DNA of 63,421 nt, filler included, from Octopus bimaculoides (taxonomy: Eukaryota), in the NCBI RefSeq assembly GCF_001194135.2. It is 4 parts of 4 records of this genome, joined end to end, with 100 filler letters (N's around TTAATTAATTAA, not from the genome) between each part and the next. Parts side by side here need not be neighbours in the genome. Positions count along the whole stretch, not along the records: positions 1 to 24,264 come from NC_068982.1; 3 more parts are not named here. One strand, written 5' to 3'. Each line of letters opens with the position of its first letter. The first letter of the stretch is position 1. The translations under genes were made by a program, and so were the position numbers. Shown here piece by piece: positions 1 through 12,829 of this stretch. Under the pieces are notes generated by a model that had not been told where the DNA came from, made no database searches, and was given only the letters and a program-made list of their open reading frames with translations.

Positions 1-789
1 TATATATATATATATATATATATATTTATCTAATACATACACATACAGACACATTGACATATGCATATACATATTCACATTGACAAACGCATACACAACG
101 CACGCTTGTGTGTATGTGTGTGTGTGTGTGCGTGCGTATGTATTCAAAAATTCTGAACTACTTGTGTTATAGATAATTGCCGTTCCCATTCTGGGGCTGC
201 TCTAAACGATACTTCTAAATAATTTTCTGTGTAATATCGAACTACACATGATTTGGGACAACCTATCTACAAGTTGCTAAGCAGCTGCTAAATTCTCTGT
301 GACTTTAATGGGATATGAGAAGAGAGGAGGTTGTTACTGGTATCCAGTTAAAATAAATTTATATATTGTTTTGTCGTAAGTAAATATATACAGAATCCAC
401 TCGGTGTAATTAGGAGCACGATCGAGCAGCAAGAGAGCAAGAGATAGACGTTTGAACCAAAACCTTGTGGTGTGATTTATATTTGCTTTAGACCACANNN
501 NNNNNNNNNNNNNNNNNNNNNNNNNNNNNNNNNNNNNNNNNNNNNNNNNNNNNNNNNNNNNNNNNNNNNNNNNNNNNNNNNNNNNNNNNNNNNNNNNNNN
601 NNNNNNNNNNTATATATATATATACATTATATATATATATATGTATAGGGGGAAGTAAGAAGAAAAATAAGCGAAAATGCACATTGGAAATAAAAAAAAG
701 TAAAGGCTTTTTATGAAAAGTAACGATAGATATATACAATTAGATGAACTGAGGTAGGAATAAACGTAATAAAAGTCATTACTGTGAAT

Positions 790-1650
790 TATTAAAGAGA
801 TTCAAAAGCATACCGGTTTCGTAATGTTACTAAACATTGCTTTGAATGCACACCGAATACTGAACGGTGTCCCTGAGTAAAAAGATTATGTGTAAGGGAG
901 GTAAGTAGTTCTGGATTTGGTGCAATTTGGGTAGATCTAGATCTGTAATGTGAATGGTGTATGGGATGTATGGGGGTTAGTGGTATTAAATGGAAGGTTA
1001 TTAGTGTTCTGTATTATGTTATGTGTTCATATTTAGTTGTGGAAGATATTTATTGATGAAAGTTGCCTCTTTATTCATTCTTTGGTGTATTGAGGTGTTC
1101 TGTGAACATTGATAGAAGGGAAAAATTAGGAAAATGAGATTAAGATTCCTCGCACACCTTTCTATGTGTTAACTGATCTGTATCTGTCTGTATTGTGGGT
1201 GGCGGATTTGTTCTTTGTGGATAGTGGTTCTTCTACGGAGTGATATTCCTGTTTGGCCAATATAATTATTACCATACCCTAAGCATGTAATGGCATAGAT
1301 CGAATTTTCCGAAGCACAGGTGAAATTTGATTTTATCTTAAATATTTCACCTTGTTTAAAGTGAAACTCTGAACCCTCCAAAAGATGGGGGCAAGTATCA
1401 CAGTTAGGTCGACCACATTTTTTCACTTTTGGTTCTGTTGTTCATGGATTTTGTCTTGCACTGGTTAATATTTTTTTTTCAATGATTTAGGTTGCATTTT
1501 GCTTTTGATAATTTTGTGTGAGCCTAAAATTTTGTTCATTGTTTTATCTCTTGTAATGATGGGTAGATTTTGGATGATAATGTTAAAGGCTTCGTTGTTT
1601 CTAGGGTCATGTGTGGAGATGTATGGGAGTATTTTTAAATATTCTGCTCG
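790..1650 (-). mobile_element. Penelope-like retroelement 3' fragment (RT thumb, Cys linker, GIY-YIG endonuclease, 3' region)
   Basis: ORF 1169-1426 has CGRPNCDTCPHL...FTCASENSIYAITC...YIGQT...RRRTTIH (GIY-YIG with Cys-rich linker). Upstream frame reads LPYISTHDPRN. Confidence 0.9.
801..846 (-). ncRNA. Hammerhead ribozyme relic with the CUGANGA core deleted
   Basis: Minus strand TTCAAAGCA-ATGTT TAGT AACATTAC-GAAACCGGTA-TGCTTTTGAA gives helix I arms, a stem II remnant, GAAA, palindromic ACCGGT and a GUA triplet. It lies in the PLE 3' region. Confidence 0.5.
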
Positions 1651-1776
1651 CTCACCACCATATCACCATATGCCAAGTTATACATAAAAACAATTAAACT
1701 GAAAGATTACTTAATACTTTTTAGTTTAGTCTATGTTTATTAAACTTTTATATGAAGAGACGGTTACAAGGGCCTC

Positions 1777-1804
1777 GATGTTTCGGTCAGCTAACCTTCA
1801 TCAG
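1777..1804 (-). ncRNA. Minimal hammerhead-like motif
   Basis: Minus strand CTGATGA-A-GGTT AGCT GACC-GAAA-CATC has an intact core and stem II. Helix I pairing is poor. Confidence 0.5.
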
Positions 1805-2014
1805 TTAGTCCGATGTAAGTGCTTGAGCAACCTAGCGAGTGATGGTTATCTCCTTGCAAACTAAAACAAATTAAGCTTTAATTCACTTACTCCAAATGCT
1901 GAATCCTTATTCGGTCCATTGTTGGTTTGTGTTTCTGGCCATACACCTTATTTTACGGGCCTCAACTGATCAAGCTGTTTGGAAATACCTAATACCAAGC
2001 TGTTGGGTAGTAAT

Positions 2015-2338
2015 AAGCTGGCACTCCGTCGGTTGCGACGACGAGGGTTCCAGTTGATCCGATCAGCAGAACAGCCTGCTTGTGAAATTAACGTGTAAGT
2101 CGCGAGCACTCCACAGACATGCGTACCCTTAATGTAATTCTCAAGGAGATTCAGCATGATACAGAATGTGACAAAGTCGGCCCTTTGAATTACAGATACA
2201 ATTCATTTTTGGCAGCTGAGTGGACTGGAGCAACGTGAAATAAAGTGTCTTGCTCAAGGACGCAGCACACTGCCGACAATCGAATTCACGACCATACGAA
2301 CGTGAGCCGATTATCCTAACCAACAAGCCACGCGCCTT
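2015..2338 (-). mobile_element. tRNA-derived SINE
   Basis: tRNA-like head near 2335 and CCTTGAGCAAGACACTTTATTTCACGTTGCTCCAG body. The tail GATC...AACTGGAACCCTCGTCGTCGCAACCGACGGAGTGCCA is shared with the SINEs at 5526 and 6291. Confidence 0.8.
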
Positions 2339-2944
2339 CCTGTTGAGTAGTAGATCTCAAATTATTGTACACCGACTAGCCTTCCATCTTACAAAATGGA
2401 ATCTTTCGACAAACTGAAGCCTAGAAGAGTTTTCGTTGGTCTTTGATTACTATTTTGTTTTCACTTACGCCACTAATGTGTCAAGAGAGACATCAACATC
2501 ACAACTTCTTTTATCCATTTTCTTTAAATCATATTTTGGACTTAGACAAAATAAAACTCTAAATTTTTCATAAACGCGATATCCACCCGTTATCGAAGAT
2601 CTGCATCACCGAGCTTATATCGAGGGAACCTCTTATAGTCACTGATATGTTAGAAATAGCAGCAAAATTCTCTTTCAGATCACACCGTGCCATCTTATAT
2701 AAAACAAACACATTGAATAAAGCATTCCAGGATACACTGCACATAAAAAAAGATCAGATGTTCACAACTGGAATGATTTTGATGTTGAGTCTGCTCATGG
2801 GTAAACAAAAATAACTACAGCAACTAAGTTAACTTAGTTGCTATAGTGAAATTGGAAGCGATTTAAACAATTGTTGGACTCGGATTGAGTTACTACATTT
2901 AACTTTGTTTTAGCTTTTACATATTATATTTATTCTTTTTTACT

Positions 2945-3152
2945 CTAGGCACAAGGCCCAAAATTTTTGGGCAGGGGGGGGGCAGTCGATTAGATCGACC
3001 CCAGTACGCAACTGGTACTTAATTTATCGACCCCGAAAGGATGAAAGGCAAAGTCGACCTCGCCGGAATTTGAACTCAGAACGTGAAGACAGACGGAATA
3101 CCGCTAAGCGTTCTGCCCGGCGTGTTAACACTTCTGCCAGTTCGCCGCCTTA
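2945..3152 (-). mobile_element. tRNA-derived SINE with GCCTTTCATCCTTTCGGGGTCGATAAATTAAGTACCAG core (resembles the Meta-domain SINE core)
   Basis: Near-identical to copies at 35225, 42290, 44515 and 46953 within this window. Confidence 0.85.
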
Positions 3153-5421
3153 TATGTATTATATTTATTGCATATGAAAATTGCATATGTGTGACATCCA
3201 GCCACTACTGTAGAGTCTCTTACATCAAATAACAAAGTTGTTCAGAGCACAAAATTTATGAATCTTTCGTTAATCTCCAGGTCATTGTTTCTATTATATC
3301 CTTAAATTCTCGTCTTGTTTTTATGTTGAATTAGAGAGATCTAGTGTTAGATTAGCGATCTAACCATATAAACATCCAATATTTCAGAAGACAATATTTG
3401 CAATGATGAGTTTAATCCAATGTTAAATCAATCACGTTATGTAAAGCGGGGGTAACCCACCCAACAAAACACAAAAATCACCTCCCTCCCAAAACAAACC
3501 CTTCCTCTCCGATATTTAAAATTACACATGTTCATAAATATGGTTTAGGGAACAACTTGAAATCTGAGAGTCTTATGCTGAACAGAAAGGGATTAATGTT
3601 TTTGTTGAAGTACAGATTAAGAAGATTGATTGGCAATATATTGAAGTGATCTAGACAAACCTTGATGTGCAAGTCTTAAAACTGACAGTTGTTCAGCAGT
3701 TAGATTAGAATTCTAAGGAATGGGAGGGAATAATAACTAAGCGGAATACCATCTATCTAGACTCTGAACAATTAAACATCGAATCAAATATATACGTACC
3801 ATAGAAATATACGAATATCGCAAGGAAATTATTTCTATAGAGTAATTTGTTTCAAGATATAGGCAGTTATGAGCAGTGAACAATAAACATAGGATCGATA
3901 AAGTATTCGTAGCAAGTTTCTTACTATCCTTTAATTATATTTCTGTAATATAAATCTTTGACATTTCGACTGAAGTTGAAATAATATGTGTTTCTACAAT
4001 AGTTTAATACAAGCTGTCCGATATATTGTTATTTATTTGTTGACTGAATGAACACATGTCCTACATGAAGTTAGAGAACACAGTTGAAACAACTTTTTGT
4101 TTTTAGTCTCAGTTTTTTTTTTTTTACATATACATTTTTTTCTGTCTGCTTGTCTTATTTTAAAAAAGATTTCTTTCCATCACTGAGTCTCTTTTAAAAA
4201 TCAATGAATGAACTTTCCCACACTAACTGTTGAGAAAGACTAATCAATAGTTTAAGTCGAAATCTGTAGAAAAACCGCATCTAGATAAGTTGACGAGTGT
4301 CTTGGCACAGTTAAATGTGTACAATGACGTTATAAAACTTTCTTCTGCTAACACGCACCACTACTAATTGTTTTCATCTGTTTTACATATATATATTTTT
4401 CTAAACAAAAATTCTCGGGCCCTCATAAGGTTGAAATTAGAATGGTTTTCAACAAGTGTATGGTGATTAGAGGAGGGGTTACTCTTAGCTGCCAGCTGCA
4501 ATAGAGGAGGAGAGCTCTGGCCTGCCAGTTTCAATTCTTTTTGACGAAAAAGTCACTCGATGTCCAAATTCTATTTGGCAAAGGTAGGCTTAAACCGACA
4601 TCCTTTTGGCAAAAGAAAGAATATATAAATAGATGATTCTTTCATATCCCACTTTCTTGCGTCTACTTAACTATCACTTCATCATTGCTGCCAATGCCCA
4701 AGTCTATGTTGATTTTTGTCAATGAATTTAGGTATTAAAAAAATTCAAAGGTCGTACTATTTAGAAGTTTTTTTTTTTATTCACTACAACGTTTGCTTAC
4801 ATACTACAACGTTTGTTTACACCCTACCAAACGTTTATATAGTTTATTCGTTTGTGAGCCTTTAAGCAAAGACAGATGTTTGCAGCTGACGTTACTAAAT
4901 ATCAACAAAAATACAGTAATACAACTAGGTTAACACACAAAAGAAAGTTTAAACAAGATTCAAAGAAAAATGTATTTCAGCTTCAGAAACGTTGATAAAA
5001 ATAGTACAGTTATATTCAAACCGAATAAAAGATTATATCAGGTCTTTATATATTTCGCGCAAGATTCGTGCATTGAAATATCAATGCACTTTGGGAAAGC
5101 CAGCCTGGAGAAAAAAAAACAACAACAAAAGAAACAAAAAAGACACAAACAAAACAAATACCTTTAAAAATTCTCTTTTTTTTTTATTGTTAATGACTTT
5201 AATTGTTTTTGTTACTCGAAGGCATTCGTCAACTAGCGGTGACCTTTTCTATGCCCTCCTCTGACTGTAAACATTTTTCTTCTTCGTTGTGGATGGTATT
5301 TATAAGTATCTGAGTATGTGCGTGTGTGTCTAGTTGTAACTAGGATAGTGGTGCTCTGTATGTGCTTTTGCTTTNNNNNNNNNNTATATATATATATATA
5401 TACCCACACATACATACGTAC

Positions 5422-5525
5422 ACGAGGGAGTGCTGAAAAGTCCCTGGCTTTAGGGTGTTGCAAAAAGCCTGGTTGGAGGTCCACACTTCCGAGTTCTTTT
5501 ACAGGGTTTAGAAAAACTGAAGAAT
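5422..5525 (+). mobile_element. Mariner-type MITE terminus fused to a SINE
   Basis: ACGAGGGAGTGCTGAAAAGTCCCTGGCTT resembles a mariner TIR. It runs directly into the middle of a SINE head. Confidence 0.55.
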
Positions 5526-5862
5526 CGCGGTTTCGATTCAAGACAGGCTGTTGTGAGTATTTATTGAGTGAAAACACCTAAAAGCTCCACGAGGCTCCGA
5601 CAGTGGGTGGCGACGAATCCTGCTGTACTCTTTCACCACAACTTTCTCTCACTCTTACTTCCTGTTTCTGTTGTGCCTGTACTTCAAAGGGTCAGCCTTG
5701 TCACACTCTGTCATGCTGAATATCCCCGAGAATTACGTTAAGGGTACACGTGTCTGTGGAGTGCTCAGCCACTTGCATGTTAATTTCACGAGCAGTCTGT
5801 TCCGTTGATCGGATCAACTGGAACCCTCGTCGTCGTAACTGACGGCGTGCCACGATAGAAGC
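5526..5862 (+). mobile_element. 5'-truncated tRNA-derived SINE (same family as 6291-6672)
   Basis: High visual identity to 6337-6670 over about 330 bp. Confidence 0.9.
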
Positions 5863-5885
5863 TGTACTGGTAGTCATTAAAGAGA

Positions 5886-5939
<54 letters not shown>

Positions 5940-6290
5940 GCGAAAGTGGGAGAGAGAGGGTGAGAGCAGGAGAGAGAGGGAGAGAGTGAGAAAGAGCGAT
6001 AGATGTTGGGGAACATTGTTATTATTGGCTGTCATAATTACGATTGAGATATTGGAATGGATATACATACATATACACGCAAATGAATGTCTGTGCTTGT
6101 GTGTGTGTGAGTTTGTGTGTACGTGCTTGTGTTCCTGTGCATGTGTGTGTGTGTGTGTGTATCTCCAAGGTGTTTGCAAAAAAGTCAAGTAACTGGAAGT
6201 GACGTGTGGATACAACTGCTTACCCTTAAACAGACAGAAAGATACTAGATTGAGAGCAATGCCTTTAAGGCTGGAATATATGTCGAGTGT

Positions 6291-6672
6291 GGAGGCGCAA
6301 TGGCCCAGTGGTTAGGGCAGCGGACTCGCGGTCATAGGATCGCGGTTTCGATTCCCAAACCGGCCGTTGTGAGTGTTTATTGAGCGAAAACACCTAAAGC
6401 TCCACGAGGCTCCGGCAGGGGATGTTGGCGAACCCTGCTGTACTCTTTCACCACAACTTTCTCTCACTCTTACTTCCTGTTTCTGTTGTGCCTGTAATTC
6501 AAAGGGTCAGCCTTGTCACACTGTATCACGCTGAATATCCCCGAGAAATACGTTAAGGGTACACGTGTCTGTGGAATGCTCAGCCACTTGCACGTTAATT
6601 TCACGAGCAGGCTGTTCCGTTGATCGGATCAACTGGAACCCTGGACGTCGTAAGCGACGGAGTACCAACAAT
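6291..6672 (+). mobile_element. Full-length tRNA-derived SINE
   Basis: A box TGGCCCAGTGG and B box GGTTTCGATTCCC. Body and tail are shared with the copies at 5526 and 2015. Confidence 0.9.
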
Positions 6673-8829
6673 ATGTCGAGTAGAAATGCAATAGACACCG
6701 GCTTTAATAGAGAAACAACAGCATGGTAGCATTTGTAGGAAAAAAATATTGAATGAAAACAGGAAAATGATTGAGTGTTATTACTATACCTGAGAATCAA
6801 CTATTAGAAATGATAGGAAAAGGCTGATGCGTGGAGAATAAATAGCATGTTCCCTGATTCGGAAAGCTATTTCTATTTCAAATGTATCAATTTCAACATA
6901 AATGAACGACCTAGAGACAAAATAAATTAGGTGAGCTGTAGAACCAACAAGATGAGCTAACTTAAAAAAAAAAAATATTAGGAAAAGGAGATAGTGTAAC
7001 AACAGTACTTATAAGGGTATTTTAATCACACATTAACGATTAATGGTTCACAAGGGTCATTTTCAAAGACATCGTTATTTTGTAGAGTGTGTCATAGACA
7101 AGTCAGACTGATTGAGTGCAATTTTTTCTCGGCTCTCTTCACGTTTTACCATTCACCATCATTTTCTGTTTCCAATGTTACAATATTATCAGAAAACAAA
7201 ATATAAAACTATATGTTTACCAAATACACTCCTATATTCTTTATAATTGTAAATTTCAAGTTTCTATTAAGACTCTTTTTGTAAATTCTCTCTGCATGCT
7301 GAATTCTTTTTTCTATTAAAATTCGATGTTATATATTTTTCTATTTCCTTTCAGATGTTTGAAAACAAGGGTCTATCCGAAAATTGTATAAGTTTCTTTT
7401 TCATACTCATCATGTGATTATTATATTATTATAAGTTCCAGTAGCAGTGGAGATTGTGTGAGTTTAAATTCGTCTCGAGATGAACCGCTATATAGCCACC
7501 CTTGCTGCAAGAGAGAATAACCAACATGAACTAAAGCTAAATTAATCGTGACTTGTGATAGCTAGAATATTTTATAATAACCTTTCTCATAAAATATAAG
7601 ATGATAATACAAAACAAACCCCCAATTCCCCAAAACAAAAGTTCTTGTAGTTAAGAAATATAGTAGCATATTTTTGTTACAGTAAAGAAAACACATCAAA
7701 GTTGCCGAATTAAACCATGACATTTTAATTTGTTTAAATGGCATTATTCATAATGTGAAAAATAATTTTTAAAATGACTAATTATGACCAGAAGAGGAAG
7801 GGGCAACAACTTTGCTGAGACTAAATGACTACTAGTATTTCATATTTTCTTTCAACCTATTCTACTAAAGACGTCTTTGTCATTCATCTCTTCATGAACA
7901 ATAAAATGAGCAAGATTGTTGTTGCTTAGCCATTGGTCAGCATTAATTCAGCACACCTATGACAATGTCGTTCCAACCGTGACTATCACGTTTGTTTTTT
8001 TAAGATATACACTCTCTAATATGACCTTTCTTTTAATACGGTATGCTGTCATTTCAGTGAGATTTGGCTACTATTTCTAGCTTGTCAAACAACCTCATGG
8101 AAGCTCCATAAAAAAAGAAACACATAAAATGTGTACGGGACTTGGTGTCAGTAAGTCGATTCAACCAATAATACCACTGTTGTACAAATTTGTGGTCCTT
8201 TACCATTGTGTGAAATTAATAATTTTCTTTTAACAAATTATATATTAATTGTATATTGTAATCTTTGTAACAATATAGAGAAATGACAACAGTAAAAACT
8301 ATCCCAGGCGCGAGGTTAAATGTTTGTCGGCTTTCACCAGTGCTATATAAAGAAATTAGTTTTTTTCAAGCCAATTCAATCGTATAGCCAGCCAACTTAC
8401 TTGCAGTATTACCAAGTTTATATTAAATTGAGCCAACCTCGATTCTTTTAATTACATTTAACACTTGGCTGGCCTTTCATGATATATGCTTCATTCCGTG
8501 TAATTATGTCTTTCTAGACCCCGCTAGCATTTGGCAATCAATTTCTGTTTCCTTCCGGAGTCTTTTGGTCATGTATTTTTATTTTAGTTCACAATACATT
8601 TGTGCAACTTATAGTTCTTTTTTCATTTTTGTATAATTAAAACAAATTTGGAAATCATTTTTCATCTGTTGTGTTAGTATTTTCATGATTGAATACACAT
8701 TAATTCATATATCAATACATATCTGTTTCTAAGCGATAAAAACATATGTATTTACATGGCTAGCTATTTTCTTTTGAGATCACTGAATGCTTGATTATCA
8801 CGAAAGAAAATCTATATCCAAGCTTGCGA

Positions 8830-9400
8830 GCCAACAAGGGACCTTCGACCCAGTCGCTTGACCTACTAGAAATAACAGCTAAATTTCCCTAAAATCTCAC
8901 CGTGAAGTTTCAAATAAGTTAGAAACCCAGTGGATAATATAGCCCTAGATATGTGCTTAAAAAGTCGGTGTGCACATGACTGGAATGTCTTTGATCATAG
9001 ACCTGTTGATTTAGTCGACCTAGGGTTAAACAACAGCAACAACTTGTAGTTATGTAAGCTTACGGCAGAGATTCTACGAAATTGCTCAACCTGTTAAAGA
9101 TAGCAACCAAAACTTCTTGAGATCACACCGATTATGCTGTACTTGACACACTGTTCATGAATAAATGAGAGATGGTCAGAGTTGGAACAAATTTGGTAAT
9201 AGGTCTTCTAGATCAGGGTAGGAATTCAGCAACAACAGCAAATAAGGGAACTGAGTGTTTCGGAGAATTAAATCATCACATCTAAATTCTTTAAAAATAT
9301 AAATGGATACATGAGATTATGTAGTTCTGAATATCTCTCAAAAGATGGGATGGTCATGGATTGAAAGCTTCTGAGAAGGTCATCCTACCTCGATGAAGTT
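8830..9400 (+). repeat. Three consecutive degenerate copies of a ~200-bp interspersed repeat (CTAGAAATARCAGCYAAAT...GATCATAG...AACAACAGCAAC)
   Basis: Related copies seen near 2640-2825, 7870-8095 (-), 10090-10290, 14690-14870 (-) and 40570-40760. Confidence 0.65.
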
Positions 9401-11659
9401 TGAGCATGGTTAAATGATGATTTCTTACATAATATTAATGCCTAAAATTTGGGTGATAAGTATAGTAATGTATACAGAGTGGTACTTATTTTATCGACAC
9501 CGGAAGAATAAAATCGGGATTCAAATTGTTGTAACTCCTTTCTTGCTTTCTTCAACTTCATTCGCAGCCTTCCGTTTCTTTGCATTTCTATCTCTTCGAA
9601 GCTAAGCTCTGCTCGAATAGGCACACTCACTTCTACCAGTAGAATCTACATTTATCTTATGTGACGAATTTTATTAAAAATTCATTGCTAATTAAAAACA
9701 TATCATATATTCACTTAGGCTCCGTAATCTCTTAATTACTTTATCTTGCAATTGATTAATTTATCCTTAAGCTGCAAAACTATGTTTGTTTTATAATGAA
9801 AGAAAAATATCACACAATCATCGTTTATCGAGAAACTTATTTAAAGTACATGGAGACATCGTTTATTCAGATCCTTTGTATTACTATTCAGCTCTTTAAC
9901 TCTTATATTCTTAAACTGTAAGTATATCAGTAACAGGTTATATCGGACCTTTAAACATTGTTTCACGAGTATTCTTATATGTATGTTATCAGTAACCTTC
10001 CTATCATTGCAAGAGATACTTCGAACATAATCACAAAGACAGTTTTGGAGGAAACAGTTGAATACATCAATTTCAGTATTTGATTAGTATTCGAGTAAAC
10101 GGTTGACCTACTATAAATAGCAATCAAATCTCTGTCAAATTACTTTGCTTCTGTCTTAATACAAGAAAAATCCGATGTTTTTTCTAGACATACTATGTCT
10201 GTATCAAAGACAAAATGGTGACAGCTGGAAGACCTTATATCAAAAAGCTACTCAATCAAAGTTGATTTGGCTTAAGTAATAACAACTGCAACAGAATCAA
10301 TTTTACTGAAAGATAAAAAGCGAAGTTGATATTCACGAGATTCGAATTCAGAAGCTAAAAAGATTTAACCAAACACCATAAGACATTTTTTCCAAGGTTG
10401 CAGCGGGTTTTCCCAATTCACCGTTTCTCTTGATCATAATAACAACAGTTAACCAGTAGATAAGTTCATTTAAGGGGTAGTTAATTTTCTGATTGTAATC
10501 TCTGATCTACAAAACACAACTCTATTAATACCAATGTTAGATTATTAAATTGATATCCGATAGCTGTCGCTCTAAAATCGTAAACAGAAACAATTTCAAA
10601 GTTCGATAATGATGCTACAATTATTAGGTTATAGTTTTCACGAAATAAGAAATGAAAACAAAATTATTTATGAAATGTTGGCTAAATCAAGCAAAGATAT
10701 CATCAACTGTGTGATCCACTATCCAGAATAATAAATGAAATACACACGCGCGCGCGCGTGCATGTGTTTGTGCCTGTATATGATATATACCTATATATCT
10801 ATAATATAGAATGCATATATATAAACACAGTATATGTATACATACATACATATATATATACACACACACACCTATATAATATAGAATATGTATATATGTA
10901 TATAAGTATATATANNNNNNNNNNNNNNNNNNNNNNNNNNNNNNNNNNNNNNNNNNNNNNNNNNNNNNNNNNNNNNNNNNNNNNNNNNNNNNNNNNNNNN
11001 NNNNNNNNNNNNNNNNNNNNNNNNNNNNNNNNNNNNNNNNNNNNNNNNNNNNNNNNNNNNNNNNNNNNNNNNNNNNNNNNNNNNNNNNNNNNNNNNNNNN
11101 NNNNNNNNNNNNNNNNNNNNNNNNNNNNNNNNNNNNNNNNNNNNNNNNNNNNNNNNNNNNNNNNNNNNNNNNNNNNNNNNNNNNNNNNNNNNNNNNNNNN
11201 NNNNNNNNNNNNNNNNNNNNNNNNNNNNNNNNNNNNNNNNNNNNNNNNNNNNNNNNNNNNNNNNNNNNNNNNNNNNNNNNNNNNNNNNNNNNNNNNNNNN
11301 NNNNNNNNNNNNNNNNNNNNNNNNNNNNNNNNNNNNNNNNNNNNNNNNNNNNNNNNNNNNNNNNNNNNNNNNNNNNNNNNNNNNNNNNNNNNNNNNNNNN
11401 NNNNNNNNNNNNNNNNNNNNNNNNNNNNNNNNNNNNNNNNNNNNNNNNNNNNNNNNNNNNNNNNNNNNNNNNNNNNNNNNNNNNNNNNNNNNNNNNNNNN
11501 NNNNNNNNNNNNNNNNNNNNNNNNNNNNNNNNNNNNNNNNNNNNNNNNNNNNNNNNNNNNNNNNNNNNNNNNNNNNNNNNNNNNNNNNNNNNNNNNNNNN
11601 NNNNNNNNNNNNNNNNNNNNNNNNNNNNNNNNNNNNNNNNNNNNNNNNNNNNNTTATAA

Positions 11660-12724
11660 AGTCAGTGTTTATTAAAATACATTTCATTTTGAAAATGTAA
11701 TAGAATGTACTGAAAGAATTTTCATTGTTTTCTGAACGGTTGTTTCCAAGGTGACGGTAATGGTCCAGAAACTGCTGATAACGCAAAGCATCGGGATCGG
11801 AAACATTAAGAAACATTTCATTTGGTATTTGTGCGCATTATCTTTCAATGTCTGCCTTCAATTCGTGAATTGTAGCTGTTTCTTACCGTGATCTTTATCT
11901 AAATAAACCCAAGAAAATGATGTCTAGCGGTATGAAACCAGGTGAACGCAGAGCATACTCTACTGAACCTCTTCGTTCAATCCACCTCTTTGGCAAAATC
12001 TCATTACTATGGTAGTGTGAGGATGCCCTATGTTGCTAGAGATAAAACTCTAACTCCACATCTTCAAGGCCCTCTCGACTTTGGTATGGCAGATTGTCGC
12101 AGCAAGCACAAGTAAATAGGACTAGTCACATTACCACCAAAAAAGAATGCTCCAATTAATCACTTTGAGGATAAGCCACATCATATTGTAACTCATACCA
12201 AATTAACATGATGTTCGACCGAAATATACGGCTTTTCAGTTCCTCAGCAAATGCAATTGTGACAATTAATCGAGCCGTTTGCTTTAAATGTAGTCCCATA
12301 GCACCAAACAGTCCTTGCTGGAAAGTGTTTATCTTCTACACAGCTTGCCATGTGCCTGTCGCAAAGCTTCACTCTTCGATTCGGATCATCTTCATTGAGA
12401 ACGTGGACTATTCTTGGAATGTAACTTTTCCAATGACAGTGCTTCAAAATGCGATAGATGCTTGATTTTAAAATTCCTACCTTACGACTCGCTTGTCCCA
12501 TAGATTTTCTTGAACTTGTGGCAATACGTTTCTAGTATCGTTTCTTGGTTTGTGGGGCTCGTCGATGTCCGAAGTATTCCGGAACGTGGATATTCTGAAG
12601 AGTTTCATCTGCTTCGAACTTATTTCTAATTCGAGTGACAGTAAATCGTGGAGGTGAAATGAAACTCCCTCCTAACTTGTTTTTGTACTTCAACTACGTC
12701 TTCAAACTTTCAGTGGCACTATAG
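11660..12724 (-). mobile_element. Decayed Tc1/mariner-superfamily transposon, probably rosa/DD41D-like
   Basis: [16 protein letters not shown]...[14 protein letters not shown]...[13 protein letters not shown], plus C-terminal TIHELKADIER..CAQIPNEMFLNV. Subfamily assigned by motif resemblance only. Confidence 0.8.
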
Positions 12725-12829
12725 TAGAAATTTCTTTGTCCAAAGTTTAGTCTTGTTCCCTTCATTATTCTTATGGGTTAAATCTAAAAAGAAATGAAAA
12801 TTGACTTATCAGCTGTTAAATTGTGAATA

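Noticed and set aside
2469-2540. 72-nt minus-strand segment with GTAAGT donor, open in phase 2 (PKYDLKKMDKRSCDVDVSLDTLV)
   Set aside because: Right length and phase for an LRR exon, but no LRR consensus and a weak AAG acceptor.
7355-7470. Plus-strand acceptor followed by ATG and a GTGAGT donor
   Set aside because: Stops in all three frames; no coding support.
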